From a virus, in IMG/VR virus record IMGVR_UViG_3300045988_078326: 64,000 bases of DNA; one strand, written 5' to 3'. Below, piece by piece: positions 1-11,781 of the stretch (position 1 is the first letter of the stretch; each line of letters opens with the position of its first letter). Below the pieces are notes generated by a model, which saw only the letters and a program-made list of their open reading frames with translations, did no database searches and was not told where the DNA came from. A program made the position numbers and the translations under genes.

Positions 1-1480
1 TAGTACCAAGCAATTTATTTCTTGCGACTTTTTCATCAATCAAAAATCTAAGTTTTCCTGCTCTTAATTGTGTCTAAACATTACTATGTGCCTCGGTATT
101 AATAGGGGCGTTAGCCTTAATTTCATAAATAGCATCATATTCCGTATTCTCTGTTCTAAATCGTTTATACTCACCATCTTCATCATTGGCCACACCAAAG
201 TCAGGAAAAACTTCATTGGTATCAGGCACTATCTAAGGCTTAACCATATAATCCATCAATCCGGCGCCAAGGCCATTACCGTCGATTACAATAATCTTAG
301 CCTTATAATTATAATATAATCTCTTTAACTTAATTGCCTAGTCTTCAAAATGTTCATCGTCCATAGTATATATATTTACCAAAGACTTTATAGCAGGTCC
401 TTGTGACTAAGGAGTTACCTTAAAGACACAAACAACAGATTGACATTTCTTTCTACCTACATCAACAGAAAGAACATAATAAGCCTGTGCAGAAGATCTT
501 CCAGACGATTCATATTCAGGCTAAAGAAGTTTTCTACTTCTATCAAAAGCATCTCCATTAAAGAAAGCATCTTCAACAGTTCCACTCCACTTAGATTCAT
601 ACTCTCTATCGAATGAAGCTTCATTAAAAGTACCGTCCTATTTTAGTTCCTATACGAAATTGCGGGATTGCAATCCTACTAGTACAGGAATTCTCCATGT
701 TCCGCCCATAACAATACTCTTTTCTGGTTCTAATATCATGCGTACAAGGAGAGTAATAAGTTTATTGTAGGGGAACGTATTCTTCCATCCCGCAGTAGTA
801 ACATAAATCTAGGATTTATTGAGTGTTTCCTCTTCATGAACAGAACCATCTAAACATCTTCTATCAACGTTCATCAAGGGAATTAAAACTTCGTTTAGAA
901 TATCTCCATCTACGCCGACGCACTCCTCAATAAGTCCGCCATGTCTACGTTTACCACGAGAAGATTCTCTAGCTGCTACGTTATCAAAGTAGGAGCCGTT
1001 TTTGAAGATATATTTACAATAATCTTTTCCTTCCTATGTCTTACCTCGTCTCCAATCAATTTCTCTTTGGAGCGCGGGGATTGCATTACATATTTCCTAG
1101 ACTTTTTCTTTAGCAATTCCAGCTGCTTGTTCCTTTCCTCCAGAAGTAATGAATAACTTACATCCGGGATATAAAATACATCTACACATAAGCACCATTA
1201 CAGAAAGAAATGACTTAGAATAAGCACGGGGGAATACCATGTATACATACTTATACCGCATTGCGGCCCGCAAGAAAACTCTCTAGTAAAAATAAAAGTT
1301 AATTTCTTTTTTCCTAGTTTCATCCCCACCAGTCTGCAAGAAATCAATAAACATATCTGGATATTCTCTCCAAAAAGCTATATACTATCTTGCCGCGGGG
1401 ATTATGGCTCGAACTCTTTCTTCTGAAAGACCAATCTTTTTATTATTATTCGAGAGGTTTAATAAATCTTTTAATGCCAT
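1..1480 (-). CDS. terL: terminase large subunit (partial; continues beyond window start); about 10 in-frame TAG codons read as sense
   Basis: Hand translation of the minus strand from ATG at about 1480 (preceded by AAGGAGG) gives MALKDLLNLS...FPRAYSKSFLSVMVLM (deviant Walker A), ...LMNVDRRCLDGSVHEEE, ...IYVTTAGWKN, then nuclease-domain motifs YVLSVDVGRKK and IIVIDGNGLGAGL. Invisible in the standard-code ORF track because of TAGs. Confidence 0.6.
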
Positions 1481-2655
1481 TACTAAACCTCCTTTAGTAT
1501 GCTATTTAGCATCTCTTCATCCTTATCTCTTTCGGATTCTTTCATATCCTCATACTCTTGATAATCTTCTTCTGTTAATTCTGGATGTTCATAATTAAAT
1601 AAATCTTCATCCTCATCGCTATCCTCAACATCAATATTCGCTTCGCGCTCTTTATCTTTCACGATTTCTCTCAAAGAAGCCTCAATCATATTACCAAGAT
1701 TCATTTCTTCTGTAACTAGAGTATGCGTATATTGCTACAAATCCTAAAGAGTTCTATCTACTTTATCCTATGGCCCATCAGTATAATATCTAGGAATAAA
1801 TCCTTCTTTCTCACATAATGCTACCAGCTCGCCAATAGAATCAACAAATTCGCCGGATTCTCCCTTATTCTAAGCGGCAGTGAACTTTCCGCTTTTCATT
1901 AAGCTATCATAGGCCTTCTACATTTTCTAAAAGCCATCAATATCTCCAGCATCAATTAACTAATTCGCTTTCAAACTAGTCTTGCATACCATAATAAGAG
2001 TATCTTTATGTCCAGCTCCCTAAATATCATATGAACTCATCATATCCTTATAGAGCTACTCCATTCGCACTCTTTCTTCCCAAGAATAACCTCGACCCCA
2101 TTTAAGACGAAGCATTAATTTATCTTCTTCTGTTAGCTAATCGCTAAAGTCATCTTCTTCCTCTTCTGGATCTTGATATTCTGGAGTTCCAACTGGAGCC
2201 TAAACATCTTCTAACTCCTTTGGTTTTGGCGGAGTTCTATCAATAGCTAATTGCTCTTGAATTTCATCCTCTGTAAATCCTTGAGCTTTCATATTAAGAA
2301 CTTTTTTCTCAGTTGAATCCTTCTCTAGTGCCTCTGTATCTGCCCAAGTATATTTATTCCATTGTTTTAATTTCATTTTGGATAAATAGCGTCCAATAAT
2401 AGTTAATCCAGTAACCTTTTTTGGATCTTTTCCATACCTCTCTAATAAGCCATTCCACTCTTCTTTGATGTATGGAACATCAATTTCCTACAAAATCCAC
2501 TTATATGTCTCTGGATTCCAGTTGTCTACGTGCATCGTAAGACATTTCTTACAGACATCCATCTTTCCATCTGGAGGATATTTTTCTATATTCTTTGATG
2601 TATAAAACTATGTATCATCCATAGTTTTACCACACTTTTTACAATAATGACTCAC
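1480..2655 (-). CDS. zinc-ribbon protein (CKKCG...CKKCLTMH) with long acidic C-terminal tail; by position (TAATG overlap with terL start) possibly terminase small subunit
   Basis: Minus-strand frame continuous from about 2655 to 1480 when TAG is sense (about 13 TAGs). C-terminal 73 aa equals track ORF 1483..1704. Upstream in-frame TAA at 2677-2679. Confidence 0.4.
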
Positions 2656-2663
2656 TATAATCA

Positions 2664-3746
2664 ACCTCTTTTCTTGTTACGACACTTCTTACAAATACTA
2701 TATAAATTATCTTTACTTGTCTTATTTTTTGAAAAGAATTGATTATGAGCTGGCTTTAATTGCCCACACTTAGAACATTTTTTCATTGGATAATTTCTGT
2801 TTTTATACTACCAATATAAAAAATCCTCTAGGGCGGCTTCGGCTATCAATTTAGGAATTTTATTTCTCCATAAACTGGAGATATATTCCACGCTATATGT
2901 TTTTCCGAACTCTTCATTTAATATTTCCTATATCTCATTATTCTGCTTTTTATCAATCTTTAACTCAACAATTCGTAAATAGATTGGAAAATCCTCAAGA
3001 GCTTTATCGCATATCTCTTCAAACGCTTGAATTAGATACCACGTATCCCCATCGAACTAATCATAACTATCTTCTTTTAATTTTGAATAATTGCATAAAA
3101 TAGCAGAAACTACATTTGGATCCATTAAGGAAATACCTTTAACGACTACTTCCTATCCATTAAGATAACTTTCATCATCAAGAGGTATATGTGTTCTTGT
3201 ATTTCTTGTTAGCTTACAAGGAACTATAGGCTTTTGATATGCCTATTTAATAATATACTAATCTTTTCGCATTTCTATCAATGCTTTTTTCATCATATAA
3301 GCTTGTTTCGTTCCCGCGGCGCGTTTCAAGGCACCTTCCCAAGCATTAATGGTTTCTCTTAACTATTTTAAACATGGTATAGAATCTAAATCTTTCTGTG
3401 TAATAGAAATCTTTGGCTAAAATATAACATTTTTATTATCTGACATTAAACCATAAATGCCATCCTCGCCATTTTCCATCTATGAAGCGAGTCCCTCAAA
3501 AGAACATTCTCGTTTATTGACGGTGGCCATTCGGTTATCAGTCAATATGTTCTTCTCTTTCTTCTCTTGTTTCTCCATACATAGAACTAAATAATCTGCT
3601 AATACTTCTAAATAACCTGGAGTTAAATCAGGATTTTCTGCGATTATTTTTTCGACAAGCGCCTTGCGCTCTTCGGGAGATTCAATCGTATAGTCTAATT
3701 TTATCATATACTGGTTCATCTCCTTTTTATACTCATATAATAACAA
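2664..3746 (-). CDS. hypothetical protein with C-terminal zinc ribbon (KKCSKCG...CKKCRNKKRG), TAG-recoded
   Basis: Track ORF 3480..3746 continues through a TAG at 3480-3482 and at least 7 further TAGs to a TGA at 2661-2663. Start preceded by the conserved AT-rich leader on the minus strand. Confidence 0.45.
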
Positions 3747-3834
3747 AAAAAAACTAGATTGTCAAATCTTATTTGACCAATGTTTTTTAAAATGGTATAA
3801 TTTAAATATAATAAATAGGGAGGTTTTTAATAAA

Positions 3835-4173
3835 ATGTTTTTCGATACACCCTATTCTGAATTACCAAAACGAGCATAGTATTACTTTAACATTTTAATT
3901 ATAAGCATAGCAGTATAGCCAGAAGTTCTAACAGACATACTTGGACATAAAAACACTGTTGACTTATGGGATGTTCAAAATATCAATAATGCAAGACCAA
4001 CGGCTTTGCATATTTATGCTTCATATAATTTAGATAGAGATTCTGATTATGAAATATGTTGTATCCCACATTAGGTTTTAGAAATAACGCCTAATAACAA
4101 AATATCATTCTATGATATGATTGATTATGATACTGATGATCCATGGGGGCTAGAACCAGATGCAATAGATTAA
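3835..4173 (+). CDS. hypothetical protein, 3 in-frame TAG
   Basis: ATG at 3835 after GGGAGG RBS; open to TAA at 4171-4173 if TAG is sense. Confidence 0.3.
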
Positions 4174-4951
4174 CATAAAAGAATATTTTAAACAATAGAA
4201 AGATGAATTGCGGCAGTCCGATGTCAAGCCATCATTGACCATAATTGATGCAACTAACGGGGATGCCGGAAATTAGATTTATATATAGAAAAAAGTAGAC
4301 GACTTTGATGAATTAGGATGGCCAGTAAGCGTGATTAAAGTTCCAGAACACTGGACTCCCGCAGATTTAAATAATTACATAAATAGTATAGATACTGATT
4401 GTATTATAGCACAAATGCCACTAAGAGATTCATTGAGTTCTTTTTCTATTGATGTAATTCCTACGATAAAAGACTGCGACGGTTTAACTTCTTCTACTCT
4501 TGTTTTACCGGCAACGGTAAGAGGAATAGTAGACTATCTTGATGACTGTGGTTTTAAGTATGAAGGTAAAAGTGCTTTAATATTAGGTAGAAGTAATATA
4601 GTTGGTAAGCCAATGGCGAAAGAGTTGTTGGCGAGAAATATGACTGTATCTATCTGTCACAGTAAAACAAATGTAAATGCGAAGCTTTATTTAGCAAGAA
4701 TAGCAGATTTAGTAGTATCCGCAGTTGGAGATTTTACTTTGACAAGAGAGGCTTGCCCTCACGCTATTGTTGTTGATGTTGGTATTCGTAGAAATTAGGC
4801 GAATTTTATTCAAGGCGATTTTGTTGAACTTGAAGATATTGCAAAGAGAAATGAAGTGTGGTCAACTCCTGTGCCCGGAGGGGTGGGATTATTGACTAGA
4901 TTGGGGTTGATGAAAAATTGCTTATAGTTAGCGAAACAGGCGCGAAGATAA
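4160..4951 (+). CDS. folD: bifunctional methylene-tetrahydrofolate dehydrogenase/cyclohydrolase FolD, about 8 in-frame TAG codons
   Basis: Track ORF 4331..4798 carries ILGRSNIVGKPMA...VVDVGIRRN (FolD Rossmann domain). Extension through TAGs gives N-terminal ...IIDATNGDAGN(TAG)IYIQKK matching FolD ...GDDPASQIYV (TAG at a conserved Gln). C-terminal ...STPVPGGVGLLT matches FolD ITPVPGGVGPMT. Stop TAA 4949-4951. Confidence 0.65.
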
Positions 4952-5310
4952 TGAAATTCTCAGAAGATTTTGATAATTATGCTAGAGAGGTTCTTCATAT
5001 TGAAAATCCTTTTCGAGAATTTTATCGTACACAGGATTCAACATTTAAGACTAATATTGATGGCAGCATAACAGTAGATATGGAGAAATCCAGAGAAATA
5101 TACAGAGAAACAAAAATAAATAGAGAAGAATGGGTAAAGCTGAGGAATAGATATATCGCAGAAAGAATATTGCGAGAACTCGGGTATGAAGTCCTATTAG
5201 CTTCGTCTTATTTTGAGGATTACCCTGATGCAATTCCCTGTGATGGAGCTACAGGACAGTGTTTACTAGATTGTAGAATAAAGGGGTGTAAATATGAACC
5301 CATGCATTGA
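4951..5310 (+). CDS. hypothetical protein
   Basis: ATG overlapping folD stop (TAATG); no TAG; part of track ORF 4918..5310. Confidence 0.4.
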   Translation: MKFSEDFDNYAREVLHIENPFREFYRTQDSTFKTNIDGSITVDMEKSREIYRETKINREEWVKLRNRYIAERILRELGYEVLLASSYFEDYPDAIPCDGATGQCLLDCRIKGCKYEPMH

Positions 5311-5509
5311 TTATTGTTATCTTAGATTGCATCAATAGTATGATCCAATTAGATGCGATGATTCATGCGAATATGCAAAAGTAATAAAAGAAAACAAAGA
5401 GTTAAAGTAGAAGATCGAGGAATTAAAAACTCAACACACTTTATTTGAAAAATAAAATAAGACAATTATTTAATTTTGCCCAACGGCATTTTTATAAAAG
5501 GAGGCCGCG

Positions 5510-6188
5510 ATGACAAAACAAGAGCGCGCAATCAAGGCACGAGCGCATTATGAAGATATTAAAACTAGACTTGCCGCAAACACTAAATTATCTATCGAGC
5601 GCACATATGTATATAGTCCAGATTCTTTTACACAGCATGAATCCGGCAATCAGAAACCAGCTTTTACTCTAACAGATATGGATAGCGTATCTTGTCTATT
5701 CAACTTATCTGACAATGGTAGAACAGCAATTCTTAACTATGCCAGTTATAAAAGTCCTGGTGGTTTCTTCCTAGAAGGTAGTCCTGCGCAAGAAGAGGCT
5801 CTGTGTCATGAATCCAATCTTTACCCTATTCTTCTTGCTTTTGATGGGACGTATTACGCATGGAATCGGCAGAGGTTAAATAAGGCTTTATACTTGCGCG
5901 GCCCCGAATTTCCGAACGGCGCATAGATACCAGAGTGTGAGTAAAAGCGAGAATGATAGAGTTCTTGAAAATCGAATTCACTTTATGTATCAGATTGCTG
6001 AGGAAAACGGTGTGGAAAATCTAGTCGCGGGAGCTTGGGGTTGTGGAGTTTTTATGCAGGATCCGTACACGGTCGCAACCTTACTCATAGGCGCAGCACG
6101 CAATTATAATATTCCAAATATTTATTTTGCAATTCCTGACCGCAATTCCCAGAATTTTAGAGCATGTAAAGAATGTATAAACAGTTAA
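5510..6188 (+). CDS. bacterial-type poly(ADP-ribose) glycohydrolase-like macro protein (DUF2263/TIGR02452), split by an apparent frameshift near 5930-5965
   Basis: ORF 5510..5926 has ...YKSPGGFFLEGSPAQEE (PARG signature GGG-X6-8-QEE with one G substituted). ORF 5937..6188 in another frame has the C-terminal LVAGAWGCGVF motif of the same family. A TAG then TAA close the first frame at 5927-5964. Confidence 0.5.
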
Positions 6189-6568
6189 TTATAGCTAGAA
6201 AAGATTTAAATATGTCTCCGGGTAAGCTAGCTCCATGCTTCTATTGCTTTTCTTTTGGAAAAGATTCTTTGGGGAAGCAAAGAAGTGGTTCGGGAAAGAG
6301 ATGGCATTATGTATCATATGGATATAAGTCTCGATATGATTGGATAACTAAAGTTGTTTGCCGCGCGAAGAATAAAGATGATTTATTGCGAGCGGTCGAA
6401 GCAGCTAAAGAGCTTGGTATGGAGGAGTATAAAGATTACTTTTTGATTTATGATGCTTGCAGGACAGAGCTGGAAAAAGAGAGTCCTGAAGGGACTCTCA
6501 CTTGTATTGGATTTAGACCAATGGAAGCTGAGGAGATTAGAAATATCAATTATACCATTAAGGGATAA
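6173..6568 (+). CDS. Pth2-family peptidyl-tRNA hydrolase-like protein
   Basis: LIIARKDLNMSPGKLA...KVVCRAKNKDDLLRAVEAAKELG...IYDACRTELEKESPEGTLTCIGFRP resembles archaeal/eukaryotic Pth2 (...VIVVRTDLKMGKGKIAAQ...DAGRTQIAPGS.TVLGIGP). Catalytic motif not fully conserved. Confidence 0.45.
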   Translation: MYKQLIIARKDLNMSPGKLAPCFYCFSFGKDSLGKQRSGSGKRWHYVSYGYKSRYDWITKVVCRAKNKDDLLRAVEAAKELGMEEYKDYFLIYDACRTELEKESPEGTLTCIGFRPMEAEEIRNINYTIKG

Positions 6569-6974
6569 CTGTGGAGAAAAGATGAAAGGTTAAAAGTTTA
6601 GCCTTTCATCTTTTTTTCGTTATTGAGATTGAAAGTGCGATTTAGATTTTGAAATGGCGTGGCAGAACGAATTTGCGAAAAAATTTCCAGTTTTTCCCAA
6701 AATACACCCTCCCCTTTCACATGGTAAAGTGTTGAAGTGTAGTTGGCCTCTTTCGCTCGCTAAAGTATGAAAGTAAAAAGCCACGCCCTAAAGGAATACG
6801 CGCGCGTAAAGAATTTGTGCAACTTGCACAGTTGAACGATGTTTATTTTGTGCAAAAGAGAGAGAAAGAAATTTCAAAAAAACTATTGACAAGTGGGCGT
6901 TTTGGTGGTAAACTGGACTTGTCCAGTAGAGGACAGGGCAAAACTCAATGTACCTTGAAAATCAAAAATTTTTC

Positions 6975-7020
6975 AAAAAAAGGTATTGACAAGCCCACTA
7001 AAGTCTGATACAATACAGAC
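6975..7020 (+). promoter_or_regulatory. sigma70-like promoter (TTGACA-17-GATACAAT) for ORF 7067
   Basis: ggtattgacaagcccactaaagtctgatacaatacag; a second TTGACA copy about 100 nt upstream. Confidence 0.5.
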
Positions 7021-7066
7021 AGAACAAAAGAGAACCACACCACAAAAAGAAAGGGAGTAAAAGAAA

Positions 7067-7444
7067 ATGAAAAAAATCGACTTTACCAACGATGACAGAA
7101 AAGTCATCATGGAATACCTGGCCGCTAAACAGGCAGTAGCGGCGGCGGAGGTCGCAGAGAAAGCGGCTAAGGCTAAAGCGAAAGAGCTTTTCACCCGGTT
7201 AGGGAAAGAGTTCAAGACCACAGATAAGACCTCTTATCTGTACGGCACAGTCCAGATAAAGGGCGCCGCTTATGCGGTGGTATATAAAGAGACTACTGCT
7301 AAAGGAGCGATAGACTGGAAAGCCTACGCTATGGCGTTAGGTGGAACAGAGGCAGAGGCGGAGCAATACCGCAAGCGTCCAACGGTCAGAACCTCTCTTG
7401 ATTGGGCAACGAAAGACCAGCAAAAAGAACTCAATCAGCAGTAG
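7067..7444 (+). CDS. hypothetical protein (GC-rich island)
   Basis: ORF track; RBS GGGAG; followed by a perfect hairpin terminator. Confidence 0.5.
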   Translation: MKKIDFTNDDRKVIMEYLAAKQAVAAAEVAEKAAKAKAKELFTRLGKEFKTTDKTSYLYGTVQIKGAAYAVVYKETTAKGAIDWKAYAMALGGTEAEAEQYRKRPTVRTSLDWATKDQQKELNQQ

Positions 7445-7450
7445 TTTATA

Positions 7451-7486
7451 AACCCTGCCTTGCAAAACCCAAGGCAAGGCAGGGTT
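7451..7486 (+). terminator. rho-independent terminator
   Basis: aaccctgccttgcaaaacccaaggcaaggcagggtt, a perfect 15-bp stem. Confidence 0.6.
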
Positions 7487-7720
7487 ATAATAATCAAAAG
7501 AAAGAAGGCTGTATTATGAGGTATCAGTTGCAGGTTTTAGTGGGTGACAAAATGCGATACTATGAGCCGTCTACTTTTGCACACGCAAGATGGAGAGTAG
7601 ACCATGAGCTTGTCAATCCTGACTATTGGATTGTAGACCTGTCTACCGGCGAAGCTATCAAGTAACCATATACCACAAGAAGCTGACCTAACGGCTATAC
7701 GGGGAGAAAGGATAAAAGAT

Positions 7721-8107
7721 ATGTCTAACTTCATCAAGTATTACACCAATCCCACCTTTAATAAGCCTGAGTTCGTGCGTGTTCTCCGTTACTCCATGAA
7801 TGTGAAGGCGGCCGCTGTGGATGATGGTATCATCCTTGACTTAGACGCTTTTAATGCTATCTCTAAGGCCGTCATGCCACATTGGGCCTTTATCAATGCA
7901 CGGTATATCAACAGCAAGCTTCACACTTGTCCTGCCTCTCTTGACGAGTATAAGGCCGCTCTGGATAAGGACACCACAGAACAGCTTTATATCATTCGGG
8001 ATAACTATTATAATGAGTATGACAGGGTAACTGCCAAAGAATGGGATAGGCTTAATGCCGAAATCCCTGGACGGTATGACCTTCTGGGGAAGGAGCCTGC
8101 GGTATGA
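7721..8107 (+). CDS. hypothetical protein
   Basis: ORF track; GC-rich island; RBS GGAGAAAGG. Confidence 0.45.
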   Translation: MSNFIKYYTNPTFNKPEFVRVLRYSMNVKAAAVDDGIILDLDAFNAISKAVMPHWAFINARYINSKLHTCPASLDEYKAALDKDTTEQLYIIRDNYYNEYDRVTAKEWDRLNAEIPGRYDLLGKEPAV

Positions 8108-8507
8108 GAGTGCTACGGTATATAGGAGGCGGCCTTTGCGCCGCTCTCCTTCTCTGGATTGCTTTGAGCTGGGCTGACATAGTAGCAGATAACAACTATC
8201 CAAATCCACAGCATAGTGAGTATAACTTCTTTACTGTGATGTTTTAATATTCTATCCGGTAATCTGCACAAAGATTGCCGGATATTTTTGTGCACTTTCC
8301 CATATTGACTTTTCGCCGGGCCGCCAGCGTGCGCCGCGGCCCGAATTTTTGTTTGTTCGGCAGTTTCAACAATTATATGGCCAAAAGTTTGTGCAATCTG
8401 CCGAGAATTTTTCTCCCGAAATCGCTTGACATTCCTTTGTGGGTATGGTATATTATACTTGTCCAGAGAGACAGACCACAAAAAGAATTTGAAAGGAAGT
8501 AAAAGAA

Positions 8508-8747
8508 ATGGTGTGCTTCAAAGACGTTGTGATTTTGTTCCGGCAATACTCTTTCTGTCTGGAAGAGGATGCGGCTATTCAGGTAATCGACAGCAATACC
8601 GGCGCACATTTCCGGTTTGACAAGGAATGGAAGCTCCAGCTCGGCGGTGACTTTTATGGCGATGACCTCAGCGCCCTGTTCAAGAAGCAGGTGACTGAGA
8701 TTGAAATGAGAGAAGAAGGTGGCGTTAATATCTACATTAACGCATAA
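8508..8747 (+). CDS. hypothetical protein
   Basis: ORF track; preceded by TTGACA...TATATTATAC promoter (8425-8462) and GAAAGGAAG RBS. Confidence 0.45.
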   Translation: MVCFKDVVILFRQYSFCLEEDAAIQVIDSNTGAHFRFDKEWKLQLGGDFYGDDLSALFKKQVTEIEMREEGGVNIYINA

Positions 8748-8786
8748 GAAACCTGCGGGAGTGGAGGTCTATGACTTCCACTCCCC

Positions 8787-9038
8787 ATGATAAAAAATTC
8801 TATGGAGGTCGATTTCCGCATGGGAAAATATGTAGTTTCGTTTAACTCTCTTGAGGATCGAGCAAGTTTCGAGTGCTTAATTAGTCAGATGGGCGCGGAC
8901 TGGTCTTTATCGACTATTGATAATCTTCGCGGTGCGTGGTTGTTGATAACTCCGCATAAGTCCAGTGCAGCAGAACATCTTGTCGGATTCTTTACAGAAA
9001 AGGGGATTATCAATGACTATCGAGAGACTTCCGCGTGA
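8787..9038 (+). CDS. hypothetical protein
   Basis: ORF track. Confidence 0.4.
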   Translation: MIKNSMEVDFRMGKYVVSFNSLEDRASFECLISQMGADWSLSTIDNLRGAWLLITPHKSSAAEHLVGFFTEKGIINDYRETSA

Positions 9039-9418
9039 ATATCCTATTGGTTCCACCGTTTGGACTAATAAGGGATATGGAACAGTTTTGGTAAGATTGG
9101 GGAAATATCACCTTGTCTGGTTGCAGAGGCTGGGGCTGGCATAAGTCAGCCCTTGCTTTTTTTAAAAAAATATTCTATAATATATATAGAAAAACAAAGA
9201 AAGGAGTTTTCTAATGACCTTAGAAGTGCTGAAAGCTCTTGCGGTCATTCTGGAGTTCTATTTGAACTAGGATTCTTGTAAGAATTGTCCTATGGCTCAG
9301 TTCTGCCAGAAAATGCCTTGCGAGTGGTAATTATTCCCTCCGATTGTTACAAATCGGCGATTCCCGTGATGGAGTCGTTTTTCGCACGAACCTAGGTCAC
9401 TAGAATTTATTTATCAAA

Positions 9419-9655
9419 ATGCAAGAAACTACTTTCTCAAGGAAATTGGATTCAAGTGGGCGCATCATGATTCCCGTAAGACTACGAGAGTAGATGGGCC
9501 TTGTTTCTGGTCAAGAATATTATTTCACTACTATGGTAAAGGATGGCAGAAAATATATTTGTATCGACTGTGGCTCCGTTGACAATACTTCTCTTGAAGA
9601 AGCTATGCGAATTATACAAGCAAATGGAATGAAAATTGTTGAAAGTACCGATTGA
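9419..9655 (+). CDS. AbrB/SpoVT-type (swapped-hairpin) DNA-binding protein, one in-frame TAG
   Basis: MQETTFSRKLDSSGRIMIPVRLRE(TAG)MGLVSGQEYYF... matches the AbrB-domain pattern KvDskGRivIPkeiR; sits in an AT-rich patch with the phage-type leader at 9170-9213. Confidence 0.5.
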
Positions 9656-10095
9656 CTTCCCGAAATTCTTATGTTAAAATTAAGTTATCAAAAGAAAGGA
9701 AGTTGAGAGATATGTATGAATTTGAGATTTTGCTTGAAAATGGCTCGACCGACAATATCTCTGGTTATTCCTATGAAGATGCTCTTTTCCGGTCTCGACG
9801 TAAACCTGAAGAGGTTGTAAAAGTTTTAAATCGAGAATATGTAGATTGAGATTTTCCTCCCAAAATGGGAGGAATTTCTTTTCCAATTCAAAATATATTG
9901 TTCAGCCGGCCGCGCATGAGCGCAGCGGCCGGAATTTTTTGTCAAGAGGCAATTTGCACAATTTTTGGATCAGTTTATTGGTGAAATTGACGAGAGGAAA
10001 TTTCCCAAAATCGCTTGACTTTCCCCTCCCGTTCTGGTATACTTAGACCATCAAGAGGGGAGAACAAAAGCCCTCAAGAAAGGGAGTAAAAGAAA

Positions 10096-10335
10096 ATGAA
10101 AAGCTATGTGGTTATGGCTGATAATCGTGAGAAGATTATCTGTGTATCTGATGATCTGCGGTTAGCTCGTGGCGCGGGCTGGGACTGGCTGAAAAAGCAA
10201 TATAATCCCGATAACTGGCAGGATATTCTGGAGGATATGGACTACGAAAGCGAAAACGACCTGCGGCATAATATGCTCCTTGGGGCCTGCTGGGAAGATT
10301 TCGACATGGAAATTATCGAGGTGGAGAGGGTGTAA
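10096..10335 (+). CDS. hypothetical protein
   Basis: ORF track; promoter TTGACT-17-TATACT at 10005-10040; hairpin terminator GGAGAGGG...CCCTCTCC at about 10320-10348. Confidence 0.45.
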   Translation: MKSYVVMADNREKIICVSDDLRLARGAGWDWLKKQYNPDNWQDILEDMDYESENDLRHNMLLGACWEDFDMEIIEVERV

Positions 10336-10588
10336 TCCCTCTCCACCATAGGAGAAACAAATATGACAACTTTTATCATAATCATTCTTGCCATTTGCCT
10401 AACGATCCAGTATGTAGTGGCTCTGGTAAAAGAGCATTTCTGGCTTGCTATATTCTTCACGGCTGAAATCGCAATGTTCGGATATATTATAAATACTCCG
10501 ATGTAAAGGGTATTGACAAACCTAGCCCTTTATGATATAATAACACTATCAAGAGAAGGAAAACTCTATAAACCAGAAAGGAAGCATA

Positions 10589-10833
10589 TTATGACTACTC
10601 TGCCTAAGATGACCCAGGAGGATAAGGATGGCCTGATTGCCCTTCATATGGCGATGCGTACGGTAGACCGCCATTCGGCTGATTCAGCTTTGGTTCAATC
10701 TCTGGGGAAGTTCTTGCTTGAGGATGCCTGTACTCCAGATGATGCGGCCGACATTTTGAAGGCAGTCTTTGACGAGGAGGCCGACCGCGTATCCAGTGAG
10801 GTTGACATTGACGCCCTTCTGTCTATGCTGTAA
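10589..10833 (+). CDS. hypothetical acidic protein
   Basis: Internal ATG of track ORF 10513..10833, chosen because the TTGACA-17-TATAAT promoter (10508-10546) lies inside the longer ORF. Confidence 0.4.
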
Positions 10834-10895
10834 ACTGGATAAAGGCGCCTGGGCAACTAGGCGCCTACCATAAAATTTAGAAAGGAAGTATAAAG

Positions 10896-11340
10896 ATGAA
10901 AGTTATCGGCATCACTCGGAGGATGGATGATCTGGGACGCGTGGTAATTCCTAGGGAAATCCGCACGAATATGCACATTCGAGAAGGCGATCCGCTGGAA
11001 CTCTTTATTGAAAATGGCGGAGTGCTTTTCAAGAAGTATTCTGCACTGTCTCCTCTTGCTTACCACGCCGCACATATTCAAAAGGTACTCAATATCAACG
11101 GGATTTTTGCATTCCCGCCTTTTGTGCGGCCCTCGTCCTTATGGAATTTCAGAGACCCCGGACGAATGGTTTAATATTCGGAATGGGGCCACCGAATGGA
11201 AAGGAAAGTCATTGTTTGTTACTCCCATTATTGTGGAAGGTGAGGTAATCGGCTTTATCTGCTACAACAACGATAAAGAATCAGCTCATGATATGGTTCG
11301 ACTTTCCGCGCAGTTTCTGGCTCAATTTGCAGAAGATTAA
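10896..11340 (+). CDS. spoVT: SpoVT-like regulator (AbrB N-domain plus GAF-like C-domain), apparently frameshifted between about 11050 and 11150
   Basis: Frame 1: MKVIGITRRMDDLGRVVIPREIRTNMHIREGDPLELFIENGGVLFKKYS (near-identical to B. subtilis SpoVT N-terminus MKATGIVRRIDDLGRVVIPKEIRRTLRIREGDPLEIF). Frame 2 (track ORF 11008..11340): ...VTPIIVEGEVIGFICYNNDKESAHDMVRLSAQFLAQFAED matches the SpoVT C-terminus ...VGPIVANGDPIGAVVIFSKDQ...AAGFLARQME. Followed by terminator AGAGGGCTTCGGCCCTCTTTTTTT (11341-11364). Confidence 0.55.
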
Positions 11341-11523
11341 AGAGGGCTTCGGCCCTCTTTTTTTATGCCAAAATTTCGGCGGCGCGCTGACGCTCACAGC
11401 GCGCCGAGTTTTCTTGTTTGTAAGTTCTGCACAATTTTTGACTTGAAATCTTGTGCAAAATGCCTTCTTGCAATTATCCTGAAATTATGATATTATTAGT
11501 ACACAAGGAAGGAGGGACACAAA

Positions 11524-11781
11524 ATGAGACCTTCAAAATTCATCCGGCCCGGTGAACATTTAAGCGTAGCTGAAATTTACCGTCGGCAGTTTGGGCACGG
11601 CACTACCCCGGTTAATTATGAAATCTATATAAAAACCGTTCTTTTAAGAGACCCTCTGATTTATGTGGACTATATGTCAATGCCTTATAGGGTATATCGG
11701 CGCAAAACTTTTTATGAAAAACTTGTTGACAAGGTGGGCAACAAGTGGTATAATAAGACAAAAGGAGATGATGCACGATGA
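11524..11781 (+). CDS. hypothetical protein
   Basis: ORF track; RBS AAGGAAGGAGGG. Confidence 0.4.
   Translation: MRPSKFIRPGEHLSVAEIYRRQFGHGTTPVNYEIYIKTVLLRDPLIYVDYMSMPYRVYRRKTFYEKLVDKVGNKWYNKTKGDDAR

Noticed and set aside
1-3750. Apparent absence of genes in the first 3.7 kb of the ORF track
   Set aside because: Artefact of standard-code translation; with TAG as sense the minus strand is almost fully coding.
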